Shown here one piece after another: positions 57,892 to 64,000 of a stretch of DNA of 64,000 bases (positions are counted from its first letter, which is position 1; every line of letters starts with the position of its first letter). The stretch is from assembly GCA_001785445.1 (NCBI GenBank), contig MFTV01000010.1:101566-165565 (forward strand), read 5' to 3'. Source of the DNA: Candidatus Nomurabacteria bacterium RIFCSPHIGHO2_02_40_30 (lineage in GTDB: Bacteria; Patescibacteriota; Minisyncoccia; Phycocordibacterales; UBA9973). The translations under genes were made by a program, and so were the position numbers. The notes under the pieces are model-generated. The model did no database searches, was not told the DNA's origin, and was given only the letters and a program-made list of their open reading frames with translations.

Positions 57892-58960
57892 AATTATTGG
57901 CGTGGGCGAGGCTGAAACTTCGGGACTGCGACATGGCTATGTGATTGACGCAAATTCCGCATTAATTTCAATAAAAAATGCGGTGGCAAATGCAGAGAAA
58001 ACTTCTGGAATAAAAATAAAGCGAGCATTTGTCAGTGTCAGTGGCAGTACCCTGCGGGGAGAAACTGGCTCCGGTGGAGTTATCATATCCAAGGCTGACG
58101 GCGAGGTAACTACCCTTGACATAAACAAAGCATTGGAAGATTGTGAAAACAACTTAAATTTGGGAAATAAGAAAGTTATTCATGTCTACCCTGTTTCCTT
58201 CCGACTTGACGGTAAAGAGGTGCTGGGCCGACTAGAAGGCATGCGTGGCACCAGGCTTGAAGTAAAAGCTCTTTTTGTTACTTATTCTATCCAGCACTTG
58301 GAAGACTTAATAGCGGTAATTGCCGAAGCTGGAGTGGAAACCATAGACGTCATCGCCTCCCCTGTAGCGCTCGCTAACATAGCTTTAACGGAAAAACAGA
58401 AAATAGTGGGAGTGGCGCTGGTTGATATCGGAGAGGAGACAACGTCACTTTCTGTTTTTGAAAATGGAAAATTGATATCAATTTTTACTTTTTCTATAGG
58501 CTCAACGGATATTACGAATGATATTGCTTTGGGATTTAAAATTCCACTTGATGTAGCCGAAAAATTAAAACGCGGAGATAATGCCGAAGAATTTTCAAAG
58601 AAAAAATTAGATGAGTTTATCGAGGCACGCTTGTCTGATATTTTTGAATTGATAGAAAATCATTTAAAAAAGATAAAGAGATCGGGGCTATTACCGGCCG
58701 GTATCATCTTTGTCGGTGGCGGCGCGAATGTAAGAGGGCTGGTAGAGTTGTCAAAAATGGTGCTGAAACTCCCCTCTGCCATGGGAACAAGTGAGATTTT
58801 CAGTAATTCGAAAACCAAGCTTCGTGACTGTTCTTGGTTTACTGTTCTGGGGCTTTTAGCATCCAAAGACAATGACGGCTATTCTGAAAATTCATTTGTT
58901 AACTTTTATAAAGATCTAAAAAATGCACTAAAATCAAGCATAAAACAGCTACTGCCGTAG
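57800..58960 (+). CDS. ftsA: Cell division protein FtsA
   Basis: The actin-fold phosphate-1 motif ISVGIDVGSGTTRVVVGE, and GIIFVGGGA, are present. Confidence 0.85.
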   Translation: MVRNISVGIDVGSGTTRVVVGEFVKGEKNPKIIGVGEAETSGLRHGYVIDANSALISIKNAVANAEKTSGIKIKRAFVSVSGSTLRGETGSGGVIISKADGEVTTLDINKALEDCENNLNLGNKKVIHVYPVSFRLDGKEVLGRLEGMRGTRLEVKALFVTYSIQHLEDLIAVIAEAGVETIDVIASPVALANIALTEKQKIVGVALVDIGEETTSLSVFENGKLISIFTFSIGSTDITNDIALGFKIPLDVAEKLKRGDNAEEFSKKKLDEFIEARLSDIFELIENHLKKIKRSGLLPAGIIFVGGGANVRGLVELSKMVLKLPSAMGTSEIFSNSKTKLRDCSWFTVLGLLASKDNDGYSENSFVNFYKDLKNALKSSIKQLLP

Positions 58961-59084
58961 CTTCGCTAGTTTTCAACTTTTAATTTTTAATTTTTAAAAA
59001 GCAGATAATTTGCTTTTTTTTGCTCTAGTGCTAGTATGTCTCCTATAAAGTCATATACATATTATCAATTATAAGAACACATTT

Positions 59085-60254
59085 ATGCCAAAAATCAATC
59101 AAGCAATAGAGAGTTTCGCCCGTATTATGGTCATCGGAATAGGCGGGTCAGGCAAGAATGCCATTAACCATATGATAAATTCTAAGGTTAAGGGTGTAAG
59201 TTTTATTTGTATGAATACCGACACGCAGGACTTGCACCACTCGCTCGCTGAGAAGAAAATTCACATAGGGAAAAATCTTACCAAGGGCTTGGGCGCCGGC
59301 ATGGACCCGGAAATCGGAAAAAAAGCCGCTGAAGAAACTAAATCGGAAATCCAAGATGTCATCAAGGGAGCTGATATGATATTCATCGCTTGTGGCATGG
59401 GCGGAGGCACGGGCACAGGCGCCGCGCCGATAGTAGCTCGCGCAGCTAAAGAACAAGGAATATTGACAGTGGCAGTTACCACCAAGCCTTTCTTTTTTGA
59501 AGGCAACCACCGAATGAAAATCGCGGAAAAAGGCATTGAGGAATTGGCCAAAGATGTGGACGCTATCATTACAATTCCAAATGACAAGTTACTGCAATTA
59601 TCTGAAAAAAATACAAATTTTAAAGACGCTTTCGCCAGATGCGATGATGTACTAAGGCAGGCCGTAGAAGGCATTTCCGACTTGATAACCACCCCCGGTA
59701 TTATAAATGTTGACTTCGCAGATATCCGAGCTATTATGTCCGATGCCGGTAGCGCGCTTATGGGTATAGGCCTTGCTTCCGGTGAAAAACGCGCTGAAAA
59801 AGCGGCGCTTCAGGCTATCAATTCTCCCCTTTTAGAAGTCTCTATAAATGGTGCCAAGGGTGTCCTCTTTGCCATTTCCGGCGGAGAAGACGTAACAATC
59901 CAAGAAATTCAAGAGGCTGCTAAAATAATCACCGAGTCAATTGACAAAGATGCGAAGGTGATATTCGGCACAATTAAGGATGAGAAATTGAAAAAGGGTG
60001 AATTAAAAGTCACAGTCATAGCTACCAGCTTCACGGCTGATGCACCTCGCAAAAGTCTTTTTACGGGAACCCTGTTAAAAGAAGAAAATGCGGCTATGGC
60101 TAAAAAGGAGATACATAACAGCATCCAGAGCGGAAGTACCAGCAGTGATTTTTTTAAGAAAGATAAAAAAGCAGAAGTGGAAGAAATAGTTATTGAAGAC
60201 GACGGAGACGACTGGAGCGCTGTTCCAGCATTTTTGAGACGTAAGAAGAATTAG
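59085..60254 (+). CDS. ftsZ: Cell division protein FtsZ
   Basis: The tubulin signature GGGTGTGAAP and the T7 loop NVDFADI are present, with a C-terminal conserved tail ...AVPAFLRRKKN. Confidence 0.9.
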   Translation: MPKINQAIESFARIMVIGIGGSGKNAINHMINSKVKGVSFICMNTDTQDLHHSLAEKKIHIGKNLTKGLGAGMDPEIGKKAAEETKSEIQDVIKGADMIFIACGMGGGTGTGAAPIVARAAKEQGILTVAVTTKPFFFEGNHRMKIAEKGIEELAKDVDAIITIPNDKLLQLSEKNTNFKDAFARCDDVLRQAVEGISDLITTPGIINVDFADIRAIMSDAGSALMGIGLASGEKRAEKAALQAINSPLLEVSINGAKGVLFAISGGEDVTIQEIQEAAKIITESIDKDAKVIFGTIKDEKLKKGELKVTVIATSFTADAPRKSLFTGTLLKEENAAMAKKEIHNSIQSGSTSSDFFKKDKKAEVEEIVIEDDGDDWSAVPAFLRRKKN

Positions 60255-60392
60255 AGGAAGTTTTTGAAACAAGCTTTTGTAGGGGTTTCGAGGCTGGCGA
60301 GCCGAGAACTTCAGAGTTTTTTAAGCTTCAAAAAACTCGTACCGAAAAAAGCTTTGTTTCAAAAACTTCTTTACATAGTGTATACTAAATAT

Positions 60393-61364
60393 ATGACTTA
60401 CGATTTAATTATTATCGGGGGTGGACCGGCCGGCGCGGCGGCGGCAGTTTACGCTGCTCGTAAAAGACTACAGACGCTCTTTATTACCAGCGAGTGGGGC
60501 GGGCAAAGTGTAGTCTCCGAGCAAATTTACAACTGGATTGGCACCACTTCCCTCTCGGGAAATGAATTAGCAGAAAATTTTAAAAAGCATGTATTGGCAA
60601 ATGCCATAGGTACTGAAAACCTGAAAGAGGCTGAAGATTTGGGCTCTACGCTTTTAGTAAAAGAAGGTGAAAAAGTAATTTCTCTCACAAGGACAGTCCT
60701 TGAAAATTCCTTTGAAGTTACAACAGAAAATGGCGAGAAATTTTTAGCTAAGACAATTCTAATAACTAGCGGCAGCGGTAGAAGAAAACTTGAGGCAAAG
60801 AATGCCGACAGACTAGAACATAAAGGACTCACTTACTGCGCCTCTTGCGACGGGCCTCTTTTTACCGGTCAGGATGTCGCGGTAGTGGGCGGCGGGAACG
60901 CTGGGTTTGAAACTGCTGCCCAGCTTCTGGCCTATTGTAAATCCGTAACCCTTCTGCACCGTAGTGAGTCTTTTGATAAAGCTGATGAAATTACCGTTGA
61001 TAAAGTTTTGAAAAACCCAAAAATGAAAGCGGTAAAAAATGTGGAAATTTTGGAAATACAAGGCGATAAATTTGTCGAAGGAATAGTATATAAAGACAGA
61101 GCTACCAGCCAAGAAACAGAATTGAAGGTCTCCGGTATTTTCGTGGAAATCGGGCAAATTCCAAATACTAACTTTGTGAAAGATTTGGTTCCGCTTGACG
61201 AAATCGGACGTATAAAAATAAATCCGTTAAATCAAAAAACTTTAGTCCCCGGCATCTGGGCTGCCGGCGACTGCACTGATGTGCTCTATCATCAAAACAA
61301 CATCGCCGCCGGTGATGCCGTCCGCGCCCTCGAAGATATTTATTTGGCAATTCATACTAAATAG
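60393..61364 (+). CDS. trxB: Thioredoxin reductase
   Basis: FAD motif YDLIIIGGGPAGAAAAVYAAR, redox-active CASCDG and NADPH-binding VAVVGGGNAG are present. Start is placed at 60393; the track ORF starts 43 codons upstream. Confidence 0.85.
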   Translation: MTYDLIIIGGGPAGAAAAVYAARKRLQTLFITSEWGGQSVVSEQIYNWIGTTSLSGNELAENFKKHVLANAIGTENLKEAEDLGSTLLVKEGEKVISLTRTVLENSFEVTTENGEKFLAKTILITSGSGRRKLEAKNADRLEHKGLTYCASCDGPLFTGQDVAVVGGGNAGFETAAQLLAYCKSVTLLHRSESFDKADEITVDKVLKNPKMKAVKNVEILEIQGDKFVEGIVYKDRATSQETELKVSGIFVEIGQIPNTNFVKDLVPLDEIGRIKINPLNQKTLVPGIWAAGDCTDVLYHQNNIAAGDAVRALEDIYLAIHTK

Positions 61365-61396
61365 TTACGTAATCTATTACGTAATACATTACGTAA
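61365..61396. repeat. Three direct copies of the palindromic octamer TTACGTAA at 12-nt spacing, immediately after trxB
   Basis: Copies lie at 61365-72, 61377-84 and 61389-96. The run is followed by GTAACCAAATA, which is shared with the 45900-45937 element. Confidence 0.6.
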
Positions 61397-61477
61397 CCAA
61401 ATACTTTTCCACAGATTTAATTGACAGGTTTAGATAAAAGCATAAACTTAGTATGTTCCTTTAATAATTTAAAAGAA

Positions 61478-61648
61478 GTGATTGGGGAAACTGGTTAGAT
61501 TCCAGTACAGTGCCGCTACGGTAAGCCCACGACTTTGTGTCGGGGACAAGTCCGATTACCAATCATTTTTGTTTTTCCCGAGCAGGATATCCTCTTTCGT
61601 TTTTTTACGAAAAAGACTGTAAATTCTGCCCGCAGCAGGATTTTTTTT
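61478..61648 (+). ncRNA. Candidate cobalamin (AdoCbl) riboswitch with intrinsic terminator abutting the downstream ATG
   Basis: GGGGAAACTGGTTAGATTCCAGTACAGTGCCGCTACGGTAAGCCCAC...GGGGACAAGTCCGATTACC parallels the B12-element core (GGGAAnnGGUGAAAAUCCnnnnCnGnCCCGCnACUGUAA ... AAGUCmGG..ACC B12-box-like AAGTCCGATTACC). A terminator hairpin AUUCUGC-CCGCA-GCAGGAU plus U8 lies at 61622-61648. Confidence 0.5.
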
Positions 61649-62008
61649 ATGTCTAAAAATAATAAAAAATTATATACCGGCCTTGTTATTATTTTACTCT
61701 TTTTTGCTTTTGTTCTAGTTCCCTCTTTTAAAAAAGAAAGTCAGATATCGGATTCAATAATATCCCCTGTAAAATTTGCTCCTAATACTCTTCTGTACGA
61801 TGCTCTGGTGCAAGAAGAAAAAGAAGGTAGAATAGACTTTTCTGGAAAAATGTACCCTAATCTCGGATTTTTTGTAACAGACATTGGAACACTGCATTCT
61901 GGTAACGGTAAAAACCTTATTTATTATATTAACGGCAAAGAAGCGGCTGTCGGCGTTTCTTCCTACAAGCTCAAAGATGGCGACGTCATTGAGTGGAAAT
62001 TGGAATAA
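61649..62008 (+). CDS. DUF4430 (BtuG/transcobalamin-like) domain lipoprotein/membrane-anchored protein
   Basis: An N-terminal TM/signal is present. The C-terminal YINGKEAAVGVSSYKLKDGDVIEWKLE is the DUF4430 beta-grasp-like signature. Start is placed at 61649, directly after the terminator U-tract. Confidence 0.5.
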   Translation: MSKNNKKLYTGLVIILLFFAFVLVPSFKKESQISDSIISPVKFAPNTLLYDALVQEEKEGRIDFSGKMYPNLGFFVTDIGTLHSGNGKNLIYYINGKEAAVGVSSYKLKDGDVIEWKLE

Positions 62009-62034
62009 AACAAGGCTAAGTCTTGTCAAAATTT

Positions 62035-64000
62035 TATGAAGAAAAAAATATTAAAAATAGGTTTTAGTTTTCTAACAATTTTATTTTTGGGAAGCTTTTT
62101 TGCATCAACAACATTCGCAGCGAATGATGCCTCGGCTATAATTTCCCCCACTGCGGCTTCTACGAACCAAAATCAAACATACACATACACTGTGACCAAC
62201 GGCAGTGCCTCCACTGCCAATCTTGGTTCAGTAGAGATTGTCTTGCCATCCGGATTCGGAACTCCTTCTTCTATAAGTATTTCTTCCGTATCATCCAGTA
62301 AGACATGGTTATTAGGTTCTACCGACGGATATACTAACGGCTTCAATGCATCTACAAGTAAAATTGGAATACAAGCCAGTGGAGCTAGTGATAAGCTCGA
62401 TGTAAACGAATTTGTGGCAGTGCAAGTCACCTCCACTGCGCCCTCTAGCGCGGGGTCGTATGAATGGACTGCTTCTCCCCTTGCTAATCTGGGTTTTAGC
62501 GGCACTCTTTTTAATTTAACTTCTTCGCAACCCACTGTAAATGTTACCGCTCCTGTAACGGTAACGTTCATAATTAGAAATGGCGACACTGTTCTTTACA
62601 ATGGATCCGTCGCTCTTCCCGCTTCAGGCACTGTGTCAATTACCGATTCAAATAGTGTGGCTCATAATGTAAATACCAGAAGTGTCTTGGCTATTTTGAA
62701 AAATATCGATGATGCCAGTAGCGACTTTTCAATTTCCAATTTGCAATACTTTAACTCATTCAATTCGTTTTATCTTAAATGCATACTGCCGAACGGCAGC
62801 TCGGAACTTTGTGATAATTGGCAGTACGCTGTGGGTAGCGTTACTCCCTTCTCTAGTATTGATGCTAGTATACTCTCCGGCGGAGAAACAGTGGGGATTT
62901 ATTTTGGCAACTCGCATCAGCTTGTACTTTCTGCCAACACCATTATTACTGGCGGGTCGTTAAATGTAGCCGCACAATCGTATGACTATGCAAATAATAC
63001 TTGGAATCCACTTACTGGAGTAAATGTGGGTGTAACCTTGCCGAATCCTAATGACCCATGGAGCCCGATTGTTGTTTCGACCCACGCAGTCGATAGCCTT
63101 GGAAATACAAATATTTCACTGTCAACTATAAACACATATACCATTGGCATTGCGGAAGATTTTTATTTTCCTTCTTATAGCCTTACAGTTTCTCCGGTGC
63201 CAAGTGGCACCGGAGGCGGAGGAGCAGTTGTAACACTGCCGTCATCTTTTGACACCTCAAATGCAATTGCTTATTTAAAAAGTGTGCAAGGCGCTGATGG
63301 CTCACTTGGTGACTCTCTTCTCTATAGCGATTGGGCGGCAATTGCTTATGGAGCCCTAAATGTGACTGGTAGCCCAAAAGATAAGCTCCTCACTTACTTT
63401 GATTCTAATAATACAATAAGTTCCCTCTTGACCGACAATGAAAGACATGCCATGGCGCTTCTGGCTCTTGGGCAAAATCCTTATTCATATAACGGCGTAA
63501 ACTATATTAATGCTATCATCAACAGCTTTGACGGCACGCAATTCGGCGACGCAAATTTGATAAATGACGACATCTTCGCGCTTATTCCCCTGGCAAATTC
63601 CGGCTATACTGTAAAGGACGAAATAATTATTAAAGATGTTAATTTTTTAATTTCCAAACAAAAAACAAACGGCTCCTGGGAAGAAAGTGTGGACATAACA
63701 GCGGCGGCAATTCAAGCCTTAAAATCTTTTGAATCCATTGCTGGCATTTCTGGCGCTCTCACAAAAGCGACTGACTATATTATAAGTAAGCAAATTAATG
63801 ACGGCGGCTTTGGAGGTATTTACTCTACAAGCTGGGTAATGCAAGCCATGAGCGCCCTTGGCACGTCGTGGAGCAAGAATAACCACACCCCCATGGACTA
63901 CCTTGCTCTACAGCAGGTAGCAGACGGAGCCGTACTTCCCTCATCCGAAACTCTGCAAAATCGCATTTGGGCTACAAGTTATGCAGTTACGGCGACTTCT
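62035..64000 (+). CDS. Large secreted surface protein (3' partial) with prenyltransferase/squalene-cyclase-like alpha-alpha toroid repeats
   Basis: The track does not list this ORF because it is open from ATG 62035 to the window end (655+ codons). It has a signal peptide (ILKIGFSFLTILFLGSFFASTTFAANDA) and a Ser/Thr/Asn-rich beta region. The C-terminal repeats of type QKTNGSWEESVDITAAAIQAL / KQINDGGFGGIYSTSWVMQAM are terpenoid cyclase/prenyltransferase-like. Confidence 0.6.

Noticed and set aside
62173-62963. Track ORFs 62173-62589 (minus) and 62709-62963 (plus)
   Set aside because: Both lie inside a much longer uninterrupted plus-strand frame starting at 62035. That frame has a signal peptide and recognisable repeat domains.
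1-64000. CRISPR arrays, transposases, integrases, restriction-modification or toxin-antitoxin modules
   Set aside because: No regularly spaced direct repeats with unique spacers were seen. No ORF shows DDE/HNH transposase, tyrosine or serine recombinase, methyltransferase or small paired toxin/antitoxin signatures. The only repeats are palindromes and the TTACGTAA motif described above.
1-64000. Alternative genetic code (UGA recoding)
   Set aside because: Long conserved genes translate end to end with the standard table, and TGA, TAA and TAG all terminate at the expected positions.

Overview
This is an AT-rich (about 36-38% GC), compact bacterial chromosome segment with short intergenic spacers and many overlapping genes. 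The gene set is housekeeping; the lineage is uncertain, possibly a reduced-genome bacterium, and standard genetic code 11 fits (TAA/TAG/TGA stops, long ORFs). The window holds about 70 genes.

Main content by region:
- Translation and information processing: murI 3' end, rpmG, tRNA-Trp(CCA), miaA, murA, tRNA-Leu(CAA), an orphan parB, a short Rel/SpoT homolog, topA, dprA, serS, dus, a short dnaX and tRNA-Gln(UUG).
- Trehalose: a membrane-anchored sensor-HAMP-like protein fused to a GT20 trehalose-6-phosphate synthase domain (otsA), followed by the HAD phosphatase otsB.
- glmS, then a tdh-kbl threonine catabolism pair.
- An almost complete de novo purine block: purL-purQ-purF-purN-purD, purA and guaB on the minus strand, then purH-purE-purM-purC-purB. 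purL is the large type but lacks its glutaminase domain, which is encoded separately as purQ. No purS or purK gene was seen.
- Cell envelope and ribosomal genes: PBP2, ctpA, rplI, rpmA, lysS, greA.
- A lysine/DAP cluster using the aminotransferase route: lysA, dapF, an aspartokinase with the catalytic domain only, asd, dapL, dapA, dapB. It is bracketed by two paralogous stand-alone ACT-ACT proteins on the opposite strand.
- rpsU, ybeY, ftsA, ftsZ and trxB, then a candidate cobalamin riboswitch upstream of a DUF4430/BtuG-like gene and a large secreted protein with prenyltransferase/squalene-cyclase-like repeats that runs off the window end.

Features most worth a second look:
- Two GC-rich compound palindromes inserted in-frame inside purL and PBP2, reminiscent of Rickettsia palindromic elements.
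- Two GC-rich islands: a small secreted protein under a consensus sigma70 promoter, and an ORF beside tRNA-Gln.
- A C-terminal PTH2/DUF2000-like domain fused to lysyl-tRNA synthetase.
- The split aspartokinase with duplicated regulatory subunits.
- A recurring TTACGTAA palindromic motif in two intergenic regions.
- A conserved TTTTGTAnAAAATGCTAGAAT module placed directly before the ATG of two unrelated genes.
- Mutually exclusive hairpins overlapping the purC start codon.

No CRISPR arrays, transposases or integrases were seen. All calls rest on reading the sequence and the ORF translations; no database searches were run.
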